Source: Deltaproteobacteria bacterium (GTDB taxonomy: Bacteria > SAR324 > NAC60-12). From it: 57,802 nt of DNA. The notes beneath the pieces were generated by a model. It saw only the letters and a program-made list of their open reading frames with translations. It was not told the origin of the DNA and did not search any database. A program made the position numbers and the translations under genes. Location: positions 1 to 57,802 of the forward strand of contig JAYOTF010000009.1 of the NCBI GenBank assembly GCA_038150265.1, in the 5' to 3' direction. Numbering within the stretch: position 1 is the stretch's first letter; each line of letters opens with the position of its first letter. Shown in pieces: positions 47,526-57,611 of the stretch.

Positions 47526-50500
47526 TCAGCCGCTGATGTGGAGGCTGTGCCGGAGCAATTCCTCAAAATCCGAGTGCTGCAGGCGGTCGAGGTCCTGCGG
47601 ATCGATGTAAAAGGTATTCATCACCTGGTGTCCGGTGGTGGTGATGAGCGACTGCCGAACCGGAACATTCACGGTTTCAAAGGCGTGGGCCATCTTGAAG
47701 TACACCATCGGTGCATCTTCCACTGTCACCTTGACGCGAAGGTAGCTCGCCGGGCGCCGCAGGAAGCGTCCGGACGGAGCCGCCTGCTCCGGACCCTGCT
47801 CTTCAACGAGGTAGCCCTTCTCGTCATCATCAAGGTACTCCACCTGAACCCGGCTGTTGTACATGAATTCGTGGGTGGGCAGGCGCAGCGGTGGTGGTGA
47901 ATCTCGGAGGATGGACGATTCAATGTCCCGTGGGAAGATCATTTCGCCACTGGCGCGCCGGGAGACCTCGAAGAAGTAGCAGTAGGCCGCGCTTCCGTCA
48001 TGAAAGCGGACCCGGTTCATCTTGGCCGAGTCGACGTTCAGGTTGAACTTGTTGATGGCATAAGCGGCACGGCTGTGCGGGGAGTCCTCGAGGCGGATGT
48101 AGACGAGCAAGCCGGTGATCCGGCCTCGTGCGTTGGTGAGCACGTTGGCCAACACGGGGCGGTCAATGTGCTGAAAAATGGACAGGTTCTGGGCCAGCAC
48201 ATCCGGAGGCGCACTGAGCAGGAAGCGGTTGGGGAACGCGGTGAAGAACCAGTTGATCATCGTGTTGAACGACTCCGTCAGCGTCATGATGGAGCTGTTG
48301 CTCAGCGTCTGACGGATCATCCGGATCATCCGCTCCGTGTGTTCATCAATGCCCTTGGCATCAAGTGACCCCACCTTCAGCGCCCGCCACATTCGCTGCA
48401 GCTCAGCCTCGGAGTTCCGGATGCGTTCGCGTTCCTTGGGGTGCGTGCGTTCCAGAGGCTCAAACAGCTCCTGCTCCAGGTCGTTCCGGAGGCTCCGTTT
48501 GATGAGCAGGTCGATGCGGGTATCAAACTCCAGGTCGCTCTTCTTGTTGTCGAGGTACGAGTGAATGAAATCGAGCGACTCCTCAAGGGTTCCGGAGGTC
48601 CGCATTTCGGAAAAGACCCGGTAGGTTTCCTCAAAGAAGTTCCGGAGGTGCCGGGTGTCGCGGGCATTGGCGTCACTGACAGCGCTGTAGTCAGAGACGT
48701 TGACCAGGAAGAGCAGAATGACGTTGACGAGGTTCCGGTCGGCAATCTCAAAGAAGTTCTGGAGCGCCTGGTCAAAGTACGCGGAGGTCTTGCTGAGCTG
48801 CACCACGGTCATGTGGTGGGCAATCAGCAGCGACACCAACCGAAACAGCTCCGGGTCCTGATAGCCGATGCGTTCCAGCGCATGAACGGCCATGAGGGTT
48901 CCGGAAATCTGGTGCCGGGTGGTTGGGTCGATCTTTCCCACATCATGAAACAGCATCCCCCACTTGAGGGCGAGGAGGTGCTGTGGCTTGAGGTAGTGGT
49001 ACAACTCCGGGTAGTTCTGCTTGAGCAGCTTCAGCTCCTCCTGGCTCCGCTCCACGGCATTGAGGGAGTGGATGCAGACGGGGTGCTGATGGTACGAGAG
49101 GTTCCGGAGCAGGAAGCGCATCTGGTTGCACTCCGGGATGTACCGGCCGATGAGGGTGTCGGGCAGGTTGGAGCTGCTGATCGGGTCACTGATCTCGAAC
49201 ATCACCCGCAACGCGTTGGCCGTGTGCCGGGTCAGCATCAATTCCGTAAACTTGGCGGGTAGCTCCTGGGCATGGGCCTGGATGCGTTCCGGAGTCAGGG
49301 TCGGAATCAGCTCTGCCAGCTCATCCTTGAGCTCCACAGAAAGGTCGTATCCGGACTGCCCAATGTAGATGAACAGCTCCAGCAGCACGAGGGGGGTGCT
49401 GAAGATGAGTGCGAGCGGCACCTGAGGCAGCCCCTCCAGCGCATGAATTTCAACAATCCGGCGCTTGCGCAGGTGCACCACCAGCTGGAAATCCGAGAAG
49501 GTCCGGACAACGGTCCGGTCCATCAGCTTCCGGAGCATCATCCGGGAGAGGGAGCGGATGTTGTCCACCATCTGCAGGCGGTAGCGGTCAAACTCGTCGA
49601 CATTCTGAAACCGCTGACGCTTGAGCAGGTAGAGGCGCTCGAGGCTGTCGTTGACCACATTGAATTCGAGGTTCCGGTCCACACACCCGCTGGCGCGTGC
49701 CTCTTCATCATAATAGGCCTGCGCCGCGCCGCTGAAGTTCCGGAGGTCGTAGAAGAACTCAAGGGCCTGGCACAGCTTGTACCCCTGCCGAGGCGAGAGG
49801 ATGCGCTTCTGGATCAGCAAAGCCAGCAGGTCGGCCGTCTGGCTCGGAAACACGCCATAGGTGGCCGCAGCAATCCAGAGCGGAATCTGCAGGGTCCGGA
49901 GCCCACCAAAGTCTTCCTTGATGTCCATCTCGTTGAGGTCGGGCTGGTGACTCTTCTGGTACTCGTCGAGCTTGTTGAGCACATAGGGCTCGTACGGAAG
50001 GATGTGGAAGAACCGGCGCTTGAGGGCCTCTGCGAGGGTGTTGCTGCCAAGCAGGACCCGGCTTTCCAGAATGGACGGAATGGTGTGAACGCTGTTGGGC
50101 TCGCTGAAGCGGGAGAGGTCCTCGTCAATCTCGAAGTACTGGTGGGCGGTTTCGATGCCGGACTCGCGCAGGAGGTACTCCATCCGCATGATGAGCTGCT
50201 TGCAGGTCTCAATCTCTCCTGCATTGAGCGATTGCGTGTCCACGCAGTAGCCGAGGTCCCGGTCGGAGGCAAAGCTGAGTTCGGCGCGTCCGTATCCTCC
50301 ACGGGCAAAGATGACCATGTGTCCGAGCAGAAACTCCTGATTCAGGCTGCACTGTTCCAGCTGCGGCAGGGCTTCCTGCAACTCCTGCAGCCGGACCTGC
50401 AGCTGCTCGACCTCCCGGAGGTGATCGTCGTGGATGCGCTGGTAGTACTTGAGCATCTGCCGGGCATCCTGGGCCTGCGAGTGCCGGTGGGTTTCGAGCT

Positions 50501-50939
50501 CCTGCTTGAGGATCCCGCACTTCTCTTGCTTCTCCGGCAGGATGCGGCGTTTGTAGTCCTGCTCCTTCCGGAGCTGCTCCACAAGGTTTTCCCGAATGGC
50601 CGGAAGGTCTTCCAGGCTGTACTCAAAGGCGATGCTGAGAATGGCATCAAGCAGGTGGGTGTTCCGCGCCAGGATCTGGAAGGAGTTCTGGACCGTCAGG
50701 TTGGCCTGAACGGCCGCCTGGTACTCGTGCTGGTAGTACGCGGCAACGGTCTGGGCAAACGCACGCTCGCGCAACTCGAGGTGCTCAAGCGCCGAGACGG
50801 AGGCTTCTTGAATCTGAGCCTGCTGGAGCAACTCACGGAGGCTGTCTTGGTGACGGTTGCGGGCGTCTTCATCTTGAAGGAGGCGGAACTCCGACAGAAA
50901 GGGATAGTTTTCTGCAGAAATCAGGAGCGGGCTGTTCAT
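47526..50939 (-). CDS. GlnD-like [protein-PII] uridylyltransferase (NTase + HD + degenerate ACT), enlarged
   Basis: ARGGYGRAELSFASDRDL, DIKEDFGGLR, HPVCIHS, LFHDVGK. Confidence 0.82.
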   Translation of the reverse strand: MNSPLLISAENYPFLSEFRLLQDEDARNRHQDSLRELLQQAQIQEASVSALEHLELRERAFAQTVAAYYQHEYQAAVQANLTVQNSFQILARNTHLLDAILSIAFEYSLEDLPAIRENLVEQLRKEQDYKRRILPEKQEKCGILKQELETHRHSQAQDARQMLKYYQRIHDDHLREVEQLQVRLQELQEALPQLEQCSLNQEFLLGHMVIFARGGYGRAELSFASDRDLGYCVDTQSLNAGEIETCKQLIMRMEYLLRESGIETAHQYFEIDEDLSRFSEPNSVHTIPSILESRVLLGSNTLAEALKRRFFHILPYEPYVLNKLDEYQKSHQPDLNEMDIKEDFGGLRTLQIPLWIAAATYGVFPSQTADLLALLIQKRILSPRQGYKLCQALEFFYDLRNFSGAAQAYYDEEARASGCVDRNLEFNVVNDSLERLYLLKRQRFQNVDEFDRYRLQMVDNIRSLSRMMLRKLMDRTVVRTFSDFQLVVHLRKRRIVEIHALEGLPQVPLALIFSTPLVLLELFIYIGQSGYDLSVELKDELAELIPTLTPERIQAHAQELPAKFTELMLTRHTANALRVMFEISDPISSSNLPDTLIGRYIPECNQMRFLLRNLSYHQHPVCIHSLNAVERSQEELKLLKQNYPELYHYLKPQHLLALKWGMLFHDVGKIDPTTRHQISGTLMAVHALERIGYQDPELFRLVSLLIAHHMTVVQLSKTSAYFDQALQNFFEIADRNLVNVILLFLVNVSDYSAVSDANARDTRHLRNFFEETYRVFSEMRTSGTLEESLDFIHSYLDNKKSDLEFDTRIDLLIKRSLRNDLEQELFEPLERTHPKERERIRNSEAELQRMWRALKVGSLDAKGIDEHTERMIRMIRQTLSNSSIMTLTESFNTMINWFFTAFPNRFLLSAPPDVLAQNLSIFQHIDRPVLANVLTNARGRITGLLVYIRLEDSPHSRAAYAINKFNLNVDSAKMNRVRFHDGSAAYCYFFEVSRRASGEMIFPRDIESSILRDSPPPLRLPTHEFMYNSRVQVEYLDDDEKGYLVEEQGPEQAAPSGRFLRRPASYLRVKVTVEDAPMVYFKMAHAFETVNVPVRQSLITTTGHQVMNTFYIDPQDLDRLQHSDFEELLRHSLHISG

Positions 50940-51179
50940 GAGGAGCTGACGAATGAGGGTGACAACCGGCCCAGCATGGTGGCCTGAAGCCGGGAAGAAA
51001 TTGGGACTGTCCGCGGATCCGGAACCGAGCCATGCGGCGTCTCATCAGCACGCCAGGGCGTCGGCCCAGCGGTCCGGAGGTTCAGGGGCGGAAGGGGGCC
51101 TCAAACGGTCACTTTTAACACGTATGAGCCACGCAGCAAGCCTTCCGTCGAGAAACCCTGCTGCGGTGGGGCGCACCGA

Positions 51180-52214
51180 TCAGAACAGAGGCATCTGCGG
51201 AGTGCCGGGCTGGGCGGTCAGCCCAAGGTGTTCGTAGGCCCGGACCGTCACCATCCGCCCGCGTGGGGTCCGCTGCAGAAAGCCCTGGAGCATGAGAAAG
51301 GGCTCATAGACATCCTCAAGGGTGTCCTTTTCTTCCGAGACAGCCGCCGCCAGGGTGCTGAGCCCAACCGGGCCTCCGCTGAATTTTTCCACAATGGTGG
51401 TGAGGATGTGCCGGTCCATCTGGTCGAGCCCTTCGAGGTCCACCCCCAGGCGCTTGAGGCTCCGTTGCACCAGGGCGTGGGTGATGACTCCGGAAGTCTC
51501 AAGGTCGGCAAAGTCTCGGCAACGGCGCAGCATGCGGTTGGCAATCCGGGGGGTGCCTCGGGAGCGTTTGGCCAGCTCCATGGCGGCTTCTTCCACAATC
51601 TCCATTTCCAGAATGGCGGCAGAGCGGATGATGATGACCTGCAGCTCTTCCGGGGTGTAGTAGTTGAGGCGGCACTGGATGCCAAAGCGGTCCCGGAGGG
51701 GGGCTGACAGCAACCCGGCGCGCGTGGTGGCTCCCACGAGCGTAAAGCGCGGAAGGTCCAGCTTCACCGTCCGGGCAGCCGGGCCCTGCCCAATGATGAT
51801 GTCGAGGGTGAAGTCTTCCATTGCGCTGTAGAGGACTTCTTCCACCACGCGATTCATGCGGTGGATCTCATCAATGAAGAGGATGGTTCCGGGGTCCAGG
51901 TTCGTCAAGATGGCAGCAAGGTCGCCCTGACGCTCAATGACCGGTCCGGAGGTGCTGCGGAGCTGGACGCCCATCTCGCGGGCAAAGATGTTGGCGAGGG
52001 TCGTCTTGCCGAGCCCGGGGGGGCCGCTGAGGAGGACGTGGTCGAGCGGCTGCTTGCGCTTCTTGGCGGCTTCAATGAAGACCTGGAGGTTGTCCTTGAT
52101 TTCGCTTTGCCCAATGTAGTCCCGGAGCCGTTCGGGTCGCAGGGAAAGGTCGTACTGCTCCTCGGGCTGCTCCTCCGGGGTGACCAGGCGTTCGTCGTCC
52201 GTCCAGTCGCTCAT
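51180..52214 (-). CDS. ruvB: Holliday junction branch migration helicase
   Basis: [36 protein letters not shown]. Confidence 0.98.
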   Translation of the reverse strand: MSDWTDDERLVTPEEQPEEQYDLSLRPERLRDYIGQSEIKDNLQVFIEAAKKRKQPLDHVLLSGPPGLGKTTLANIFAREMGVQLRSTSGPVIERQGDLAAILTNLDPGTILFIDEIHRMNRVVEEVLYSAMEDFTLDIIIGQGPAARTVKLDLPRFTLVGATTRAGLLSAPLRDRFGIQCRLNYYTPEELQVIIIRSAAILEMEIVEEAAMELAKRSRGTPRIANRMLRRCRDFADLETSGVITHALVQRSLKRLGVDLEGLDQMDRHILTTIVEKFSGGPVGLSTLAAAVSEEKDTLEDVYEPFLMLQGFLQRTPRGRMVTVRAYEHLGLTAQPGTPQMPLF

Positions 52215-53707
52215 GATTCGGTTTTGGGAGAAGACGAAACCGGGCCTTCCTGCGCGGCAATTTCAGGGCTGATGCGCCACGTCAGCAGCGGTGAAAGGGC
52301 ATAGAGCAGCAGGTAGGCATAGCCGGCATAACCGAAGTAGGGCGTAAAGACAAAGGTCATCAGCACCACGAGGGTGACGCGCCCCACCCACTTGTTGCGG
52401 CTCATCAGCCGTCCGATGTGCAGGTAGTGGATCATGTAGAGGTTCATCAGCACCCCGGTCAGGCCAAGGTTCCAGAGGCAGAACCGGGCCCAGAAGATCA
52501 GGGTGTCCGGATGAGACTCCAGGGCCTGCTCCAGCATGATGAAGGGGGCGGACACGAAGAGGGCGGCAGCCGGCGAGGGGAGGCCCTTGAAGAAGCCGGG
52601 AATGCTGTTGCGGTCGAGGGTGAAGTACACGAGCCGTGCAATGCCCAGGACGCCGTAACTCAGGGCGACCCAGCCATAAGGCATCGCCTGAACCGTCGGA
52701 TTCGGAATCTGCTCCATGAGCAGGTAGAACATGAGAGCCGGGGCAATGCAGAAGCTGACGCCATCCGAAATGTCATCCAGGATGCCGCCCAGGGTGATGT
52801 GGTGCTTCTTCGGAGGAGCCGACGGCAACGGGGTGGTCAGGCCCAGCTTGCGGGCCAGCGCGCCATCGAGTTTGTCAAAAAAAGCCGCACCGATGAGCAG
52901 GAGGAAGGCCTCGTGCATGCGGGCCTGGCTGGCAAAGAACACGGCCATCAGCCCCATGAGCGCATTCATGAGGGTCAGGGCGTTTGGAAAGACCGAAAGG
53001 ATGCGGCGACGCAACACGAGGTCCCCCAGGCACAGCTCATCCAGGCAGGAGGACCCGTACTTCCGGATGTACCCGGCAATGGATCCGAAGTTGATGATCA
53101 GGAAGAGGACCTCGAGGTAGATGAGTTGGCTCGTGGGCATCTGCCCCAACGCAGAAAGCCAGCTGTAGGTGGAGTCCTGGGGGTAGCTGGGCAGGTAGAA
53201 GGCATAGGCGTAGAGGATGGCTCCAACCGGAGCTGCCACCATGGTCCGGAGCCGGTTGATCTCGGCCATCTCCTCATCTGCGCCACGACGCAGCGAGAAG
53301 TTCCGGAGGAAGTGCGCAAAGTTGTCCCGCATCAGCACCGTGATGCTGAGCAGCAAAACCATGAGGACGTGCAGCAGCTCCAGGCGCGCGTTGGAGCCTG
53401 GAGGCAGGTGCTGGTAGCGCCACATCATTCCAACGGCCACCAGGGGGAAGACGATGGAGTACACCGCCTTGTCCATGATGCGGTCAGCGAGGTGCGCGAG
53501 CTTGGCCTGAGGGCGAAACCGAGCCGAAAACCAACCATCGACCCAGTCGAAGCACATGGACACAAACAGGCACATGACGCCGACGGTGTACACCCCGGGG
53601 CCAGGGTTGAGCATCACGGCAAGCGCCAGCAGGAGTCCCGCAAACACCAGGGGCGGGCGTCCATACACCAGCAACAGGGCCGTGGGGGTGGAGATGGTGG
53701 GCTTCAT
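52211..53707 (-). CDS. tandem CDP-alcohol phosphatidyltransferase (two domains)
   Basis: [10 protein letters not shown]...ADRIMD and PNALT...DKLDGALAR...GGILDDISD...FKGLPSP. Confidence 0.85.
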   Translation of the reverse strand: MKPTISTPTALLLVYGRPPLVFAGLLLALAVMLNPGPGVYTVGVMCLFVSMCFDWVDGWFSARFRPQAKLAHLADRIMDKAVYSIVFPLVAVGMMWRYQHLPPGSNARLELLHVLMVLLLSITVLMRDNFAHFLRNFSLRRGADEEMAEINRLRTMVAAPVGAILYAYAFYLPSYPQDSTYSWLSALGQMPTSQLIYLEVLFLIINFGSIAGYIRKYGSSCLDELCLGDLVLRRRILSVFPNALTLMNALMGLMAVFFASQARMHEAFLLLIGAAFFDKLDGALARKLGLTTPLPSAPPKKHHITLGGILDDISDGVSFCIAPALMFYLLMEQIPNPTVQAMPYGWVALSYGVLGIARLVYFTLDRNSIPGFFKGLPSPAAALFVSAPFIMLEQALESHPDTLIFWARFCLWNLGLTGVLMNLYMIHYLHIGRLMSRNKWVGRVTLVVLMTFVFTPYFGYAGYAYLLLYALSPLLTWRISPEIAAQEGPVSSSPKTES

Positions 53708-53715
53708 GGGGCTCG

Positions 53716-54771
53716 TCAGTACTCGGCAAGCTTGTGGGAGCGTCCGAACACGTGCAGCATCAGTGCAGCCCGGATGTAAACGCCGTTGCGCAACTGACGC
53801 CAGTACATGGCTCGCGGGTCGGAATCGACCTCTGGGTGAATCTCATCACGTCGTGGAAGGGGGTGCAGGATGATGGCGTCTGGACGCATCGTCTGCACGT
53901 TCTTCAGGTTCAGGCTGTAGCTCGAGGAGTCAATCAGGCTCGATTCTCCAGAAAGGTCGTACTCGTCCTGAACACGGGTCATGTACACACAATCGACTTC
54001 CGGGAGCACCTCGGCAATCCGGTCGGACTTGTGAATCGGGATGTTGAGGGCATTGAGGTGCGCTTCAATGTCGGGCGCAATCTGAAAGGCATCAGGGGCG
54101 ACAAAGAACAGTTCAATGTCGGAAAACTGGCTGAGCAGGTACACCGCTGAACGCACGGCTCGGCCCCGGAGGAGGTCGCCCACAAACGCATAGCGCTTGC
54201 CCCGCATGCCGCCACGTTCCTTGAAGGAGCGGTGCATGGTGTAGAGGTCCAGCAGCGCCTGTGTGGGGTGCTGGTCCTTGCCGCTGCCGCCGTTCAGGAT
54301 GGGGACGCTCCGTCCGGTGCGCTCCAGCAGGTAGGCCATGTATTCGCAAAAGCCCGGCTTGGGGTCGCGCATGACAATGGCGTCAAAGTAACTGCTGAAG
54401 ACCCGGACCCCGTCTTCCTGGCTCTCGCCTTTGTATTCCGAGGAAAGCGCGGCATCCCGGACCTCTCCGGTGTCCATGCCAACAAGCTGGCTGGCTGTGA
54501 GGAAGGACAGGAAGGTTCGGGTGGACGGCTGGGTGAAGTACAGCATCGTCCGCCGGTGCCGGAGCTGCGACTTGAGGTAGTCGATGCCATTGGGACGACG
54601 CATCAGCCCCTTCACGAGGTCGGCATCACGAAAGAGGCGGTCCAGCAGGGGCTCATCAAACTGCTGAGCCACCATCACGTGAAAGAGGCGCCCTTCTTTG
54701 GAGTAGTTGGGAAGTCGTTCCTGAAGGGGAAGCCGGAGGTAATCTTCAAATGGAAGCAGCGTGTCGGGCAT
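53716..54771 (-). CDS. pyrB: aspartate carbamoyltransferase catalytic subunit
   Basis: PSTRT, KGES, HPTQALLD, TRVQ, HPLPR. Confidence 0.93.
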   Translation of the reverse strand: MPDTLLPFEDYLRLPLQERLPNYSKEGRLFHVMVAQQFDEPLLDRLFRDADLVKGLMRRPNGIDYLKSQLRHRRTMLYFTQPSTRTFLSFLTASQLVGMDTGEVRDAALSSEYKGESQEDGVRVFSSYFDAIVMRDPKPGFCEYMAYLLERTGRSVPILNGGSGKDQHPTQALLDLYTMHRSFKERGGMRGKRYAFVGDLLRGRAVRSAVYLLSQFSDIELFFVAPDAFQIAPDIEAHLNALNIPIHKSDRIAEVLPEVDCVYMTRVQDEYDLSGESSLIDSSSYSLNLKNVQTMRPDAIILHPLPRRDEIHPEVDSDPRAMYWRQLRNGVYIRAALMLHVFGRSHKLAEY

Positions 54772-54839
54772 ATCGGGAAGTCATCTGCAGAGAAAAAAGT
54801 GAAGAATACGGCGAGACTCCCGGAACAGTCCAGCCCAAA

Positions 54840-55964
54840 TCAAGCCGGCACCGGATCCGCCGGCGTGCTCTTCTGGACCACGAGCTGGCCGCAGGCCCCT
54901 TGAATGTCCTGCCCCTTGGAGATGCGCACGGTGGCCACCACCCCACGGTCCAGGAGGTACTGCTGGAAGGCCCGGACCTGTTCCCAGTCGGGTTTCTTGT
55001 ACTTGCTGGAGGGGGATTCGTTGAAGGGAATCAGGTTGACCTTGAACTTCAGGCCGTGGAGCAGCTTGATCAGGGCCTTGGCATCCTCCAGCGAGTCGGT
55101 GACCCCCTTCATGAGGATGTACTCGAAGGTGATGCGCTTGCGCGATTCCAGCGGATACTCCTTGCAGGCCGCCACAAGCTTCTCAAGGTTGTAGGCTCGG
55201 TTGACCGGCATCAGCTGGGAGCGGACCTGGTCGGTGACCCCATTCAGGGAAACCGCCAGGTTGGCCTTGACGCGTTCCTGGCCAAACTTCCGGATCGCCG
55301 GAAGCAGCCCGGAGGTGGAGACCGTGATGCGCCGCTGAGAGAGGTTGAAGCCGTGTTCGTCAGTGAAGATCTCCAGCGCCCGCATCACGTTGTCGTAGTT
55401 GTGAAAGGGTTCTCCCATGCCCATGAAGACGATGTTGCGGATGACCTCGCCCTCGGGAAGTCCCTCCCAGGCCGTCTGGATCTGCATCACGATTTCGGCC
55501 ACGCTGAGGTTCCGGATCAGGCCCATGGTGCCCGTCATGCAGAAGTCACAGCCCATCGCACACCCCACTTGAGACGAAATGCAGACGGTGAAGTGATCGG
55601 TGTGTGGCATGAGCACGGTTTCGATGCTGCGCCCATCGCGGAGGACAAAGCGGTACTTGATGGACCCATCCTGAGACCGAAACGCATCTCCGGTTTCCAG
55701 GGTGCCCAGCTCAAACTCGGCGGCCAGCGCCTGCTGGGTGGCCTTCCCGAGGTTGCTCATGCCCTCAAACGACGTCACTCGCTTCTGGTACAGCCACGTG
55801 AACACCTGGTCTGCCCGGTAGGCCGGAAAACCGTGGGCTTCCATCCACTGGCGCAGTTCCAGACGAGTCCGTTCCTGAAGCAAGACCGGCGGTGTAGCAG
55901 GAGCTGTTGGGGAAGAGGAAAGAGGGGGAGCAACTTCCAAGGGATCACCTGAGAGCGGGTTCAA
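54840..55964 (-). CDS. rlmN: 23S rRNA (A2503-C2) radical SAM methyltransferase
   Basis: CISSQVGCAMGCDFC, MGMGEP, IQGACGQL; start uncertain. Confidence 0.95.
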   Translation of the reverse strand: MNPLSGDPLEVAPPLSSSPTAPATPPVLLQERTRLELRQWMEAHGFPAYRADQVFTWLYQKRVTSFEGMSNLGKATQQALAAEFELGTLETGDAFRSQDGSIKYRFVLRDGRSIETVLMPHTDHFTVCISSQVGCAMGCDFCMTGTMGLIRNLSVAEIVMQIQTAWEGLPEGEVIRNIVFMGMGEPFHNYDNVMRALEIFTDEHGFNLSQRRITVSTSGLLPAIRKFGQERVKANLAVSLNGVTDQVRSQLMPVNRAYNLEKLVAACKEYPLESRKRITFEYILMKGVTDSLEDAKALIKLLHGLKFKVNLIPFNESPSSKYKKPDWEQVRAFQQYLLDRGVVATVRISKGQDIQGACGQLVVQKSTPADPVPA

Positions 55965-56024
55965 GCGGCAGGGCCCTCCGGAAACAGTCGTCGGCAGTGC
56001 CCAGGATTCGGAGCGGGTTCAAGC
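55953..56024. repeat. 14-nt direct repeat
   Basis: gagcgggttcaagc at 55953-55966 and 56011-56024. Confidence 0.8.
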
Positions 56025-56077
56025 AGGGGGAAGGCGCCAGTGGGCGCAAACTCAACCGAGTATTATTCCACTGAACT

Positions 56078-56099
56078 CGGGGACGGTCAAGCGTCCCCG
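56078..56099. terminator. stem-loop downstream of pyk
   Basis: cggggacg-gtcaag-cgtccccg. Confidence 0.5.
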
Positions 56100-56109
56100 C
56101 AGAGGCGGT

Positions 56110-57513
56110 TCAGGGAAGGTGCCGGATCTGGAGCGCGTCGATGCGTCCGGAGCCCGCGAGGACGTCGGAAATCACCACGACCTTCTCTCCGGACTGGAAG
56201 CCCTGGCGCTCCTTGAGGACCGAGAAGGCGGTCTGGAGCGTCTTTTCCGGATCATCGCTGAAGTTGATGCGGAAGGAGCGGACCGACCGGTTGAGCAGCA
56301 GGGTCCGGCGCGCCTGGCTGACGTTGGTGAAGGCGTAGATGAAGCTCTTGGTGGGACGGCAGTTGCTGACGTAGTCCGCCATCACGCCGCGGCGGGTGAT
56401 GACGACAATTCCACGGACCCCCAGAGACTCCGCGAGCTGGACGGCTGAGGTGGAGAGCTGCTGCTTGTCGCTGTTCGACCGCAGGTTTTCGACAAACCGC
56501 AGGCCCGGCTTCAGCTCGACGGTCTGGGCAATGTTGACCAGCTGATCGATGCAGCGCAGCGGGTACTTGCCCACCGTTGTCTCGCCAGAGAGCATGACCG
56601 CGTCCACCTCTTCGTAAATGGCGTTGGCGACGTCGGTCACTTCCGCCCGGGTGGGAATGGGGTTGTCGATCATCGACTCCAGCAGGTGGGTGGCGACAAT
56701 GACGCGGCGCCCTGCTTCGGCACACTTCCGGACAATCTCCCGCTGCACCGTGGGCACGGTGTGGTTCGGGATCTCCACGCCCAGGTCCCCTCGAGCGACC
56801 ATGATGCCGTCCACTTCCTCAATGATCTCATCCAGATTCGAGACCCCTTCCTGGTCTTCAATCTTGGCAATGATCTTGACCTTCCCGACCTTGTCTCCCA
56901 TCAGCTCCTTCAGCTGCCGGACGTCATTGGCCTCCCGGACAAAGGACAGGGCGATGAAATCCACATCGTGCTCCAGCCCAAAGAGGATGTCGCGGCGGTC
57001 CTTGCTCGTGATGGCAGGGAGGTTGACCCGCACTCCCGGGAGGTTGACGTGCCGTTTGCTCTTGAGGACCCCTCCGTCCAGCACCCGGCACTTCATCTCG
57101 CGGTCCTGCTTTTCGAGCACCTCCAGGTTGATGAGGCCGTTGTCCACGGTGATCTTGTCCCCCGGGTTGACCGTCCGGATCAGGTCATCGTAATCGACAT
57201 GAATGGAGGTCTGCTCCACGTCGCTCTCTCCGCGGACGTTGATGGTGATGACCGTGCCTTCCCGCAGGTCCAGGTCTTCCGCCAGGTTCCCGGTGCGGAT
57301 CTCCGGCCCCTGTGTGTCCAGCAGCACGGCAATGGGCGTGCGGATCTTCTTGTTGAGGCTCTTGATGCGCTGGATGACCTTCCCGTGCCACTCATGATCG
57401 CCGTGAGACATGTTCAGCCGCGCGATGTGCATGCCGGCTCCGGACATGTTTTGCAGCATCTCGTGGGATTCGGTGGCTGGACCGATGGTGCAGATGATTT
57501 TGGTGCGGATCAT
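56110..57513 (-). CDS. pyk: pyruvate kinase
   Basis: RTKIICTIGPA, RLNMSHG, DTQGPEIR, MVARGDLG, MLSGET. Confidence 0.97.
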   Translation of the reverse strand: MIRTKIICTIGPATESHEMLQNMSGAGMHIARLNMSHGDHEWHGKVIQRIKSLNKKIRTPIAVLLDTQGPEIRTGNLAEDLDLREGTVITINVRGESDVEQTSIHVDYDDLIRTVNPGDKITVDNGLINLEVLEKQDREMKCRVLDGGVLKSKRHVNLPGVRVNLPAITSKDRRDILFGLEHDVDFIALSFVREANDVRQLKELMGDKVGKVKIIAKIEDQEGVSNLDEIIEEVDGIMVARGDLGVEIPNHTVPTVQREIVRKCAEAGRRVIVATHLLESMIDNPIPTRAEVTDVANAIYEEVDAVMLSGETTVGKYPLRCIDQLVNIAQTVELKPGLRFVENLRSNSDKQQLSTSAVQLAESLGVRGIVVITRRGVMADYVSNCRPTKSFIYAFTNVSQARRTLLLNRSVRSFRINFSDDPEKTLQTAFSVLKERQGFQSGEKVVVISDVLAGSGRIDALQIRHLP

Positions 57514-57611
57514 GGGGAACGCCTGAATTGAGGGAGAAGACACAAAAAACGCTTACACTACTGAATTTCTCGAAGAAGCGAAAGTCACATTCCAGAAAAT
57601 CAGCCTTCTTT

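Noticed and set aside
49272..50987. 571-aa plus-strand ORF (and similar long antisense ORFs at 41809-43152, 52418-53779, 54750-55952)
   Set aside because: Mirror frames of well-supported genes on the opposite strand
51020..51050. CTGATGAG on the minus strand suggesting a hammerhead ribozyme
   Set aside because: The required GAAA after stem II is absent (reads GGTT)
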